From an uncultured bacterium (GTDB lineage Bacteria > Pseudomonadota > Gammaproteobacteria > Burkholderiales > JACQAP01), in NCBI GenBank assembly GCA_965233135.1, contig CBDDRM010000201.1, positions 6,580 to 70,579 of the forward strand: a stretch of 64,000 nt of DNA, in the 5' to 3' direction. Below the pieces are notes generated by a model. The model made no database searches, was not told where the DNA came from, and worked only from the letters and a program-made list of their open reading frames with translations. Position numbers and translations under genes: made by a program. This document shows positions 54,655 to 63,434 of the stretch, in pieces. Position 1 is the first letter of the stretch. Every line of letters begins with the position of its first letter.

Positions 54655-55383
54655 TTACTCAACTTTGGATTTTATGGCGCTCAGAAACCCACGAAGAATA
54701 TTTACTTCCTTTTTTTCCAGACGCGCGCGAGCAAACAGCCGGCGCATGCGCTGCATCAGGCGCTTGGGCTGGGCGGGATCGAGAAAGCCCGTCGCATAAA
54801 ACGACTCTTCGAGCTGGCGATAGAAACCTTCCGCTTCGTCGTGGGTGGCGATTTCCTCGCCGTGCTGCGCATATATTTGCTCGCCGACTGCACACATGCG
54901 TAGTTCGTACGCAAAAACTTGAACGGCCTGCGCCAGATTCAACGATGAATAATCCCAGTCGGTGGGAATGACGGCTGTGGCGTGGCAGCGGCTGACTTCG
55001 GCGGTCGTCAGACCGGTGCGTTCCGTCCCGAACACGAGCGCCACCTCGCCAACAGATGCTTCCGCGACCAGGCGCTGGCCGGCGGCGCGGCAATCCATCA
55101 CCTCATGCGCCAGATCGCGGTGGCGGGCGGACGAAGCTATCGCGAGCACGGTGCCCGCTAATGCTTCGTCGAGCGTCTGGCAGATCACCGCACTCTCGAG
55201 CACGTCGATTGCACCGGTTGCTAAAGCATTCGCATCGGCGTGGGGAAAACGCTCGGGCCGTACCAGGAACAGGCGTGAAAGACCCATGGTTTTCATGGCG
55301 CGCGCCGCCGCGCCGATGTTGCCCGGATGCGTTGTATGCGACAGGACGATGCGTACCCGCCCGAGCGCCGAAGGTTTTTTCAT
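54655..55383 (-). CDS. trmJ: tRNA (cytidine/uridine-2'-O)-methyltransferase TrmJ (SpoU family)
   Basis: 242 aa. [31 protein letters not shown] closely parallels E. coli TrmJ. Divergent from suhB, as in E. coli. Confidence 0.88.
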   Translation of the reverse strand: MKKPSALGRVRIVLSHTTHPGNIGAAARAMKTMGLSRLFLVRPERFPHADANALATGAIDVLESAVICQTLDEALAGTVLAIASSARHRDLAHEVMDCRAAGQRLVAEASVGEVALVFGTERTGLTTAEVSRCHATAVIPTDWDYSSLNLAQAVQVFAYELRMCAVGEQIYAQHGEEIATHDEAEGFYRQLEESFYATGFLDPAQPKRLMQRMRRLFARARLEKKEVNILRGFLSAIKSKVE

Positions 55384-55444
55384 TGGAATGGAATCGATGG
55401 AATCTCTAGAATGGCCCCTTTGCCGTTATCGCCATTCCGAATTC

Positions 55445-56248
55445 ATGCATCCGATGCTCAATATAGCGGTGAAAGCCGCTCGTCGTGCGGGCAGCATCAT
55501 CAGCCGCGCGTCGGAAAATCTCGACGTGCTGACAATCAAGCACAAGAGTCTCAATGACCTGGTTTCCGAAGTCGACCGCGCGGCGGAAGACGCGATCATC
55601 GACGTCATAAAAAGCGCTTACCCCGACCATGCGATTCTAGCAGAGGAAAGCGGCGCTTCTGGAGATTCCGAACATGTCTGGGTCATTGATCCGCTCGATG
55701 GAACCACCAATTTCCTGCATGGATTTCCGCAGTATTGCGTGTCGATCGGCCTGGTACATAAAGGCGTCCTCACGCACGGTGTGATCTTTGATCCGACCCG
55801 TAATGACCTGTACACGAGTTCGCGCGGCCGCGGTGCCTTCCTCAACGACAAGCGCCTTCGCGTTGCAAAGCGCGACAAACTGATCGACGGTTTGATTGGA
55901 ACGGGTTTTCCCTTTCGCATGTTCGATCACCTCGAGGCCTACAATGCGATGCTCAGGGACTTGATGACCAAATGTGCGGGCGTTCGCCGGCCGGGCGCCG
56001 CCGCGCTGGATCTGGCGTCGGTCGCCGCGGGCCGCTTCGACGGATTTTGGGAGATTGGTCTCAAACCTTGGGACATGGCCGCCGGGGTTCTCATGGTGAC
56101 GGAGGCGGGCGGATTGGTGGGGGACTTCGAAGGTAACGACACATTCATGCAGAGTGGTCAGATCGTCGCCGCCAGCCCGAAAATATTCTCCCAGCTTCTA
56201 CAAACCATCGAACCGCATTTGACGGAAAAAATGCGACAGCCCGCGTGA
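55445..56248 (+). CDS. suhB: Inositol monophosphatase family protein SuhB
   Basis: 267 aa from ATG 55445. The N-terminus [16 protein letters not shown] is nearly identical to E. coli SuhB. Motifs [11 protein letters not shown] and WDMAAG. The track start at 54962 is antisense to trmJ. Confidence 0.93.
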   Translation: MHPMLNIAVKAARRAGSIISRASENLDVLTIKHKSLNDLVSEVDRAAEDAIIDVIKSAYPDHAILAEESGASGDSEHVWVIDPLDGTTNFLHGFPQYCVSIGLVHKGVLTHGVIFDPTRNDLYTSSRGRGAFLNDKRLRVAKRDKLIDGLIGTGFPFRMFDHLEAYNAMLRDLMTKCAGVRRPGAAALDLASVAAGRFDGFWEIGLKPWDMAAGVLMVTEAGGLVGDFEGNDTFMQSGQIVAASPKIFSQLLQTIEPHLTEKMRQPA

Positions 56249-56844
56249 AGCGTTGGATAGCAGCATGGCTTACGGTGCTGGTCACGGCTAGTACTATCGC
56301 CGCGGCCCAGGACCATCCGGTGCGTCTGCGCGGCAGCGTACAAAGTTTTTCCGAGTCCGTGCTCGTCCTGAAGGAACGCAGCGGCGAGGTGATCACCCTG
56401 ATGCTGCCAGAGGAAACCGGCATCGCCGAGGTTATTCCCACCGACATCACATCGGTACAGCCCGGCTCCTTCATAGGAACGGCGACGCTTCCGCGCGCGG
56501 ATGGGACGCTCGAAGCCCTCGAAGTAGTGGTATTTCCGGAAATCGCGCGCGGCGTCGGCGAAGGGCATTTTCCATGGGATCTGATGCCCGGCAGCAAGAT
56601 GACCAACGCAACGGTAGCCGAATTGTCGCGGTCCTCGGTGGGCCGCAGGCTGCTGCTCCGGTACCGGGGCGGCGAACAAACCGTGATCGTTCCCAGTGGA
56701 GTTCCTGTCGTGACGATGGCTCCGGGCAGTCGCGCGCTCATCATTCCCGGAGCTCGCGTGTTCGTTGTTGCCGATCCCGTGGAAAGTCATCTCATCGTCC
56801 GGCGCCTGCTGGTCGGACGAGCCGGTGCGCAGCCTCCCATGTGA
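56245..56844 (+). CDS. Secreted/periplasmic protein of unknown function
   Basis: 199 aa. Signal peptide [23 protein letters not shown] and a beta-rich sequence with two similar halves. The GTG start overlaps the suhB stop (GTGA). I recognise no motif. Confidence 0.6.
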   Translation: MKRWIAAWLTVLVTASTIAAAQDHPVRLRGSVQSFSESVLVLKERSGEVITLMLPEETGIAEVIPTDITSVQPGSFIGTATLPRADGTLEALEVVVFPEIARGVGEGHFPWDLMPGSKMTNATVAELSRSSVGRRLLLRYRGGEQTVIVPSGVPVVTMAPGSRALIIPGARVFVVADPVESHLIVRRLLVGRAGAQPPM

Positions 56845-57013
56845 AGGTCGTCTGCTAGTCCGGACGGACCACCCGCTGCCATCAAGGCGCCTGCAGGTAA
56901 GGCGTTTACTGGATTGTGAGCCCCATGCGAGCAGTCTAGTCTCTCAGGCGCGTGCATGGCGCCTGGTGTGTGTTCTAACCCACTAACGCTCGCCGCCATG
57001 GATGGAGCATTAA

Positions 57014-58129
57014 ATGCCCGCAACTCGGGACGCCCCAACGTACGCGTTGGCCGACGGCGTCAACAGTAATATCGGCCAGGACGAAGAGGACCGCGTTCGC
57101 GCGGTGCAGCGCTACGAGGTCGTGGATGCTCAGCTTGACGAAACGTTCGACCGTATTACCGCGCTCACTGCACGCTTGCTGCAGGCGCCCGTAACACTGA
57201 TCGGGATCGTCGAATCTTCTCGCGTCTGTTTGATTTCGCGTTACGGATTGGACCGGCGCGAAATACCGCGTGTTAACCTGACATCCCCGTCCCTGTTTTT
57301 TCATCCCGCCCCGTGGATCGTCCCGGACACAAGGCTTGACCGGCGCAGCTGCGAGCATCCACTCGTAAAAGGCGAGTCAGGCTTGCGTTTCTACGCGGGT
57401 GCACCATTGATCACCAACGACGGGTACAACCTCGGGGCTCTTTGCGTATTGGACGCACAGCCGCGGGACTTGCCTCCCTCGGAGCTCGCGATTCTGCAGG
57501 ATCTCGCCGCGCTGGTCATGCATCAACTGGAACTGCGACTCGAAGTCCGGTGTGCCCTGAAGATGGACGACGCACTTCTGCAGCGATCGCGCTCGGAAAA
57601 CAGGCGTGCCGAGTATCTGTCCAAGCATGATGCACTGACCGGCTTGGGAAACCGTCGCAAGCTCGATGAGATTTTCGCCGTCGAGATGAATCGACTGCGC
57701 CGACACGGCGGCAACTTGTGCCTCTCGATTGCCGACATCGATCACTTCAAGCGAATTAACGACAACCACGGTCACACAATCGGCGACGACGTGCTAGCGC
57801 AGTTCGGCGAGCTCCTGTGCCAGCAAATGCGTCCAACAGATACCGCTGCCAGGATCGGGGGAGAGGAATTCGTGGTGTTGATGCCCCACACGAATATCCG
57901 GGAAGCGCTGGGTACGGCCGAGCGCCTGCGTAGCGCGATGATCGAGAAAAAACTGGGCCCACTGAATGACTCCGTCACGGTCAGCATCGGGGTTGCCGAA
58001 TGGCGAGAAGGCGAAGATGGCGATGCATTGCTAAAACGCGCCGATCGAGCGCTGTATCACGCCAAACGTGCCGGCCGTAATCGGGTCGCCTCCGCCGACG
58101 CAGCGCAGGATATGGGAGATTCAGGATAA
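57014..58129 (+). CDS. GAF domain-containing diguanylate cyclase
   Basis: 371 aa. N-terminal GAF-like region (FDRITALTARLLQAPVTLIGIVE...FYAGAPL). GGDEF domain with an I-site (RPTDTAARIGGEEFVVLM). SD GGAG 7 nt upstream. Confidence 0.88.
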   Translation: MPATRDAPTYALADGVNSNIGQDEEDRVRAVQRYEVVDAQLDETFDRITALTARLLQAPVTLIGIVESSRVCLISRYGLDRREIPRVNLTSPSLFFHPAPWIVPDTRLDRRSCEHPLVKGESGLRFYAGAPLITNDGYNLGALCVLDAQPRDLPPSELAILQDLAALVMHQLELRLEVRCALKMDDALLQRSRSENRRAEYLSKHDALTGLGNRRKLDEIFAVEMNRLRRHGGNLCLSIADIDHFKRINDNHGHTIGDDVLAQFGELLCQQMRPTDTAARIGGEEFVVLMPHTNIREALGTAERLRSAMIEKKLGPLNDSVTVSIGVAEWREGEDGDALLKRADRALYHAKRAGRNRVASADAAQDMGDSG

Positions 58130-58150
58130 GGCGCGCTGACCGCGCCGTTT
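58130..58150 (+). terminator. Putative intrinsic terminator after the GAF-GGDEF gene
   Basis: GGCGCG-ctgac-CGCGCC hairpin immediately after the TAA, followed by GTTTAA (short T-tract). Confidence 0.45.
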
Positions 58151-58201
58151 AAGGATTTACCTTGGTGTCGTGCGCCGTAGCAGCAAGTCCAACTCCTTGC
58201 G

Positions 58202-58882
58202 TCAGAAGGGAGGCGCGGCGCGGCGGTCCTGCGCGTTCCAGACCTCGTTGTGAACATCGACATGCACCAGGCCCTTCTGGATCGCGTAGCGCACGAGTCC
58301 AACCACGTCATGGATATTGAGCTTTTTCATGATGTGATTGCGGTGGGTCTCCGCCGTCTTGAAGCTGATGTTCAGGTACTTCGCCGCCTCCTTGGTCGTG
58401 CTGCCCTCGGCAATCAGCTGAAGGACCTGGCGTTCACGCGGCGTCAACGGGTCTGCCGCCGCGCCGGTCTTTTCCAGATAAGCATCGACGACTGATGCAG
58501 CGACGCCCGGGCTCAGATACACCTCTCCGCGGGAAATCTCGCGAATGGCACGAATAAGGTCATCGGCCGCCTGGGACTTCAAAACATAGCCTTTTGCGCC
58601 CACTTTCAACGCTCGCAAAACATATCCCTTGTCCGTGTACATGGTCAGGATAATTGTTTTTATCTCAGGTGACAGGCTGTGGATTTCGCGCGCAGTATCC
58701 AACCCGTTCAGCAACGGCATGGATAAGTCGAGAACTGCGATCTCCGGATTGAGCGTTCGTGCCAGTTTGAGCGCCTCATGGCCATCGGCCGCCTCGCCCA
58801 CTACTACGTGGCCGGCCTTCTCCAGAATTCCTCGTAAACCCTGTCGAACGATCTGGTGGTCATCAGCCAAAAGTACCCGCAT
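58202..58882 (-). CDS. NarL/FixJ-family response regulator (REC + LuxR HTH), no cognate kinase adjacent
   Basis: From ATG 58882 (SD GGAGG 6 nt upstream). MRVLLADDHQIVRQGL...AVLDLSMPLLNG..., then LTPRERQVLQLIAEGSTTKEAAKYLNISFKTAETHR. About 25 extra C-terminal residues. Confidence 0.88.
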   Translation of the reverse strand: MRVLLADDHQIVRQGLRGILEKAGHVVVGEAADGHEALKLARTLNPEIAVLDLSMPLLNGLDTAREIHSLSPEIKTIILTMYTDKGYVLRALKVGAKGYVLKSQAADDLIRAIREISRGEVYLSPGVAASVVDAYLEKTGAAADPLTPRERQVLQLIAEGSTTKEAAKYLNISFKTAETHRNHIMKKLNIHDVVGLVRYAIQKGLVHVDVHNEVWNAQDRRAAPPF

Positions 58883-59241
58883 TGTCAGCCTCCGAAAGCG
58901 ATTCTTGTTTGAACGGCCATTCCGCTCAAAGGTTCTGTCACAGGGCTGAACGGCCCGCCAGCGCTTGATCGGGCAGCTCGGGGTCGTCTCCACCCCAGCG
59001 CCTGGGCCTCCAGATGCCGGTAACCGTTGCACTCGTCAACGGCGCCAACCGTAAAGTTATAGGCCGAATGTTGCATATTCACTTACGGGGTGCCCGCCGC
59101 TTGGCACGTGGCCGAACCCTGTCCACGCTTCCACATTATTGCCATTGTACCCCCGCCATACGCTAAAGCACGTATACGTACGCCCTCTATTTGACGGCCG
59201 TTCCGGAGGGGGGTGGCCCGTACGAGGCGAAGCGTACCCAG

Positions 59242-59391
59242 TTAAAGCGCTTTACGACCGCTGATGACCCGCAACAAGATGACAATGACGGCGATCACCA
59301 GAAGAACATGGATGAACCCGCCCAGGGTGTAGGAGCTCACAAGTCCAAGCAGCCACAACACGAGCAGGACGACGGCGATGGTATAGAGCAT
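59242..59391 (-). CDS. 49-aa two-helix small membrane protein (resembles the lmo0937-type small membrane protein family)
   Basis: Below the ORF-track cutoff. Hand translation: MLYTIAVVLLVLWLLGLVSSYTLGGFIHVLLVIAVIVILLRVISGRKAL. SD AAGGGA lies 5 nt before the ATG. GC-rich third positions match neighbouring genes. Confidence 0.6.
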   Translation of the reverse strand: MLYTIAVVLLVLWLLGLVSSYTLGGFIHVLLVIAVIVILLRVISGRKAL

Positions 59392-59545
59392 GGCATTCCC
59401 TTCGTGCGGCGAACCTGGAAATCAGATTCGCTCTTGTGCCAATCATGGTGCATTTGGAAGTGAGGCTCTGTGCGTTCGCGTACACACTCCCTGAGCCGAA
59501 TAACTCAGCGGGCTGTCCGCGTTTGGAAGAGCACATGCTCCGGAA

Positions 59546-59576
59546 AGAAAAAGGACCCGATTCCGGGTCCTTTTTC
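59546..59576 (-). terminator. Rho-independent (bidirectional-looking) terminator downstream of the DUF3494 gene
   Basis: AAAAAAA-GGACCCG-attc-CGGGTCC-TTTTT. A 7-bp stem with a 4-nt loop, and A/T runs on both sides. It lies 75 nt beyond the stop at 59651. Confidence 0.8.
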
Positions 59577-59650
59577 GGTTGGTGAGATACGTCAGTCAGC
59601 GACTAATCGTGTCGTTCTCCAAGCTTTCGCTCAGACAACACTGCTCGACC

Positions 59651-60496
59651 TTACTCGGGCCGCGTCAGCGTAACGCCATCCCCCAGAGTCACGACGCCGC
59701 CAGAAAAGATTCTGCCCTTCATGGTTGCAGTGTCGGCCAGAGTGACGGGGCTTCCCGTGATAAGAATCCCGTTGAATTCTGCGCCCGCTCCGATGGTCGT
59801 GCCTGTATTGACCTGCCAGAACACGTTCTTGGGCAGCACGCCGTTCAGAACAACTTTTCTACCGGCGTCCTGGACCAGCGACCCATCCACCTGGAAGATG
59901 AACACATCGGTTGCGGTGCCCGTAAGCGTGAGGTCGCCAGAACTGATCGTAACGTTACCCGTGGACTTGTAGATGCCCGGCCCGAGCGTCTGCGTACCAT
60001 AATCTCCCCCGCCATTGGTGGAGGTCGCCGGCGTACGGTCACGCGCATCGACATACGCGTCGATAGATTCGCCCACTGCCTGGCTCAGATTGGTTGGCGT
60101 TGGATCCGCATAGTCCGATGCATACATCTTGCCGTTGACTTGTGACGATGTCGCGAAAGTATTCGATGCATCCGCCGTTTCCGCGAATCCGGTCGTCTGC
60201 GAGGCCGTCGCGGGGCTCGTGCCGATGTTACCCACGATGGCGGAGGTTCCGTTGTTCACGGTTCCTTGCTGACCCAGAATCACATACGTACCTGCCGTGG
60301 CAAGATCCACGCAACCAGCCGAGACATTGGGATCGCATACCGCGCCCGCCGCATCAACCGGAGTTCCGCCACCGCCGCCGCCAGGAGGCGCGCCGCCATT
60401 ATCATCGTCACCGCCGCCGCAGCCGGCTACCATTGCGGTCAGCAAGAAAGCGCCTGACCACACCAATCTCTTGGAAAAAATCTCGAATCTGTTCAT
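59651..60496 (-). CDS. Ice-binding-like (DUF3494) family lipoprotein
   Basis: From ATG 60496 (SD GAGGAAGG). Lipobox LLTAMVAGC, then a Gly/Asp/Pro linker. The body (GNIGTSPATASQTTGF...QTLGPGIYKSTGNVTISSGDLTLTGTATDVFIFQVDGSLV...NVFWQVNTGTTIGAGAEFNGILI...GRIFSGGVVTL) follows the DUF3494 beta-solenoid pattern. Confidence 0.75.
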   Translation of the reverse strand: MNRFEIFSKRLVWSGAFLLTAMVAGCGGGDDDNGGAPPGGGGGGTPVDAAGAVCDPNVSAGCVDLATAGTYVILGQQGTVNNGTSAIVGNIGTSPATASQTTGFAETADASNTFATSSQVNGKMYASDYADPTPTNLSQAVGESIDAYVDARDRTPATSTNGGGDYGTQTLGPGIYKSTGNVTISSGDLTLTGTATDVFIFQVDGSLVQDAGRKVVLNGVLPKNVFWQVNTGTTIGAGAEFNGILITGSPVTLADTATMKGRIFSGGVVTLGDGVTLTRPE

Positions 60497-60833
60497 TTGC
60501 TTTCCTTCCTCGTTGTCCGCATCGCTCTTGGCAATTGCCGCTGAACATCCAGCGCTGCCCCGTTGTTTAATGAGAAAACCAAACAAGAGCCGGTTCTTGG
60601 AATGGATGGCGTGATTGCCAACGTCCGCGATCCGACTTGGGTGCAGAATAGTCGCGCGACATTTATGGAGAAATTACGCAGTTGGTCCAATCGGACTATC
60701 GGAGGCAGCGCCGGTCGGGGCCGAGCGAACACCGGGCGAAAATCGCGGCAAGTTGTGTGCACCAGCGCACACTTCTTCCGCATGAATGCGAACAGGACAT
60801 TGACATGCACCTGCGGGCGGACCGCGGTGCGAG

Positions 60834-63389
60834 TCAGTTTGACGCGGCAGGATCCTTGTCCGCAATCCACATGCGCATCAGGGACAAGAGCATCTCCATG
60901 TTGATCGGCTTGGAGATATAGTCGGTGGCTCCCGCCTCGATGCATTTTTCCCGATCGCCCTTCATAGCCTTGGCCGTAACGCCAATGATCGGAACAGCAC
61001 TGAAGGATTCAATACTCCTGATGGCGCCTATGGTCTGGTAGCCATCCTGTTCCGGCATCATGATGTCCATGAGAACGACATCCACATCCGGATTAGCGCG
61101 CAGCGATTCGATGGCTTCGCGGCCGCTCTCCGCGTTCAGAACGACCATACCCTGATGTTCGAGCGCGCCGGTCAGCGCGAATATATTGCGAATGTCATCG
61201 TCCACCACCAATACTTTCCGGCCTGAGAGCGCCGGTACCGTCTGGCGCATGCTCGGAAGGGGCCGGCGGCGGCCCGGGGGCATTTCCTGAATCGCCAGCT
61301 GCAGGCATCGTGCCGTTTCCTGCAGCACGGCATCAGCGGAAGGGACGTGCTTGAGCCACAAAACTTCAGCCATTTCCCTGTGTACCCCCTCTCCCGCCGG
61401 GCCTTCGTCTTCAGTGAAGCCTTGCAGGACCAGGAATGTCTGCCTGATCGAATCCACATGCACGACATCCCGCACGAACGCAGTCAGATCCGCCAGGTTC
61501 CGGCCGAGGATCGCGCAATCGACTCCGGTCCTGCTCAGCGTTTTGAGCGCCTGACTTGCGGTTCCCACGCCGATGGCATGCACACTGTCCGACGCGATAG
61601 CGTCCATGATTCTCTTGCGCTCGGCTTTGCCGGCGGCGGCAACCAGAACATTCGCGGGCACCCGGCCCAGTTCGCCTTGCACCAGGCGCAAGGCCTCGCG
61701 CAAGGTCTCCTTGCGGGTGGGCGTCGCAACGATTCCGAGCGCACTCATGCACGCACACGTCTGCTGCAGGTAATCGATTGAAATCATGTTGACCGGGATG
61801 TGCCGCGTATCGGGATCGTGCCGGAGCAGGTTATGGAGGGCCCATCCACTCATATTGCGTTGACTGATCTCGACGTTCACGACGTTTGGCATGAATTCAT
61901 TTGCCAGAGCGAGCGCGGTATGGGCATTGGCGGCCCGCACCCCCTTGAATCCAAGTTCCCGTACCTGGCGAAGCAGCATTGTCGCAAACGAATCCGTCTC
62001 CATGACAATGAGCACGACGCGGTCTCCGGGGCGGATGCTGCCCCGATCGTCCTGCTCATCCGTCGGGTCTGGCGGCATCTCCGCAGCAGGCGGTTGAGTT
62101 GCTCGTACGTCATCAGGCGGATTTACCGCATCGTCGGCCGTGGCGATTTCTTCCAGGACGTCCGCGCCTGTCTCATACTGATAGGCTGCGGGAAGGTAAA
62201 GGGTAAATTCACTGCCCTTGCCGAGTTCGCTCTGGATCCGGATTTCGCCGCCCAGCAACCGCGCCAGTTCAGAACTGATCGACAATCCAAGCCCCGTGCC
62301 CTCGAACTGGCGGCTCGTCGTGCCATCGGCTTGCCGGAAAGCCTCGAAAATGAGCCGCTGCTTGTCCGCGGCTACGCCGATGCCGGTATCGATTACGGAA
62401 AATGCAACGACGTCTTGCGCGGCATCGAGGCTCGGATGTCCAGGAGTCCATCCGCCAGTCGCGGTCGCTATCCGCAACGATACGCTGCCTTTCAAGGTAA
62501 ATTTGAAGGCATTGGCCAGCAAATTCTGCAGAATCTGCCGCAGCCTCTTCATATCGGTGCGTAACGCCGATGGAAGGGCGCCATCCATCGCTATGTCGAA
62601 TGCAAGCCCTTTGTCCTGAGCGACCTGGCGAAACGCGCGCTCGATCTGATCGCGCAATTCGGCAAGACTCTCCTCGGCAATGTTGAGCGTTACGGTGCCG
62701 GATTCGATCTTTGACAGGTCCAGGATGTCGTTGATCAACGCCAGAAGATCGTTTCCCGATATGCAGATCGTCTGGGCATACTCCACCTGCTTGGGCGTGA
62801 GGTTTCCACTGGCATTCTCGGACAATAATTGGGCGAGGATCAGCAAGCTGTTAAGAGGGGTCCGCAGCTCGTGGGACATGTTGGCAAGGAACTCGGATTT
62901 GTAGCGCGAGCTCATCAGTAGCTGCTCTGCCTTTTGTTCAAGGGCCAGCCTCGCTGCTTCTATTCGGGCGCTGTGACGCTGTGCCTCCTGCACTTGCCCC
63001 GACAACTCCAACGCCTGTTGGCGCAGTTGCGCATTGGCGTTTCGCAGCTCCTCAGATCCTTCCGCGTTGCGTGCAGCGAACTCATTCAGAATCCGATTGA
63101 TTGAATCGAGTGACTTTGCCCACGATCCAGCCGCGCCAGGAAAGCTCGCCCGGCGTTGGTTCGGTCGGGTCTGGCGCTTGCCCAGCCGGTCGCAGACATC
63201 CCCCAGCTCCGCGACTAGCGCCGCGTTCATTTCGGCAATCTCGTTGAATAGCGCTGCGATCTTCCCGCCAGCCCCGTCCGCTTCGAGGGACATGCGGAAG
63301 CCGAAATCGCCGTGCCTGAGTGCTTGCAACGCCCTCAGAATTTCCGCATTCGCGGAGCTTATGCGTTGTTGGATCTGCAAATCGGTCAA
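60834..63389 (-). CDS. Cytoplasmic hybrid sensor histidine kinase/response regulator (HAMP-like N-terminus, HisKA, HATPase_c, two degenerate receiver-like regions, one canonical receiver)
   Basis: 851 aa with a TTG start in the track. H-box FLANMSHELRTPLNS, N-box LLANAFKFT, G-boxes DTGIGV and GTGLGLSIS. C-terminal REC KVLVVDDDIRNIF...VVLMDIMMPEQDG...TAKAMKGD...SKPI. No TM helix. Confidence 0.88.
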   Translation of the reverse strand: MTDLQIQQRISSANAEILRALQALRHGDFGFRMSLEADGAGGKIAALFNEIAEMNAALVAELGDVCDRLGKRQTRPNQRRASFPGAAGSWAKSLDSINRILNEFAARNAEGSEELRNANAQLRQQALELSGQVQEAQRHSARIEAARLALEQKAEQLLMSSRYKSEFLANMSHELRTPLNSLLILAQLLSENASGNLTPKQVEYAQTICISGNDLLALINDILDLSKIESGTVTLNIAEESLAELRDQIERAFRQVAQDKGLAFDIAMDGALPSALRTDMKRLRQILQNLLANAFKFTLKGSVSLRIATATGGWTPGHPSLDAAQDVVAFSVIDTGIGVAADKQRLIFEAFRQADGTTSRQFEGTGLGLSISSELARLLGGEIRIQSELGKGSEFTLYLPAAYQYETGADVLEEIATADDAVNPPDDVRATQPPAAEMPPDPTDEQDDRGSIRPGDRVVLIVMETDSFATMLLRQVRELGFKGVRAANAHTALALANEFMPNVVNVEISQRNMSGWALHNLLRHDPDTRHIPVNMISIDYLQQTCACMSALGIVATPTRKETLREALRLVQGELGRVPANVLVAAAGKAERKRIMDAIASDSVHAIGVGTASQALKTLSRTGVDCAILGRNLADLTAFVRDVVHVDSIRQTFLVLQGFTEDEGPAGEGVHREMAEVLWLKHVPSADAVLQETARCLQLAIQEMPPGRRRPLPSMRQTVPALSGRKVLVVDDDIRNIFALTGALEHQGMVVLNAESGREAIESLRANPDVDVVLMDIMMPEQDGYQTIGAIRSIESFSAVPIIGVTAKAMKGDREKCIEAGATDYISKPINMEMLLSLMRMWIADKDPAASN

Positions 63390-63434
63390 GGCGGTTTCTT
63401 CCGGCGCGAGTCGACTGTTCCTTGAAACATGCGC

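Noticed and set aside
58885-59082. 65-aa - ORF ending 2 nt before the NarL-type regulator start (possible leader peptide)
   Set aside because: Third-position GC is low. It is rich in rare AGA/CGA codons, has no SD, and has no protein-like pattern. Its last codons are simply the regulator's SD (GGAGGC).
60755-60772. Hairpin GTGTGC-accagc-GCACAC about 60 nt beyond the hybrid kinase stop
   Set aside because: On the transcribed (minus) strand it is followed by AACUUGCC, not a U-tract. The T-rich side faces the plus strand, where there is no upstream gene.
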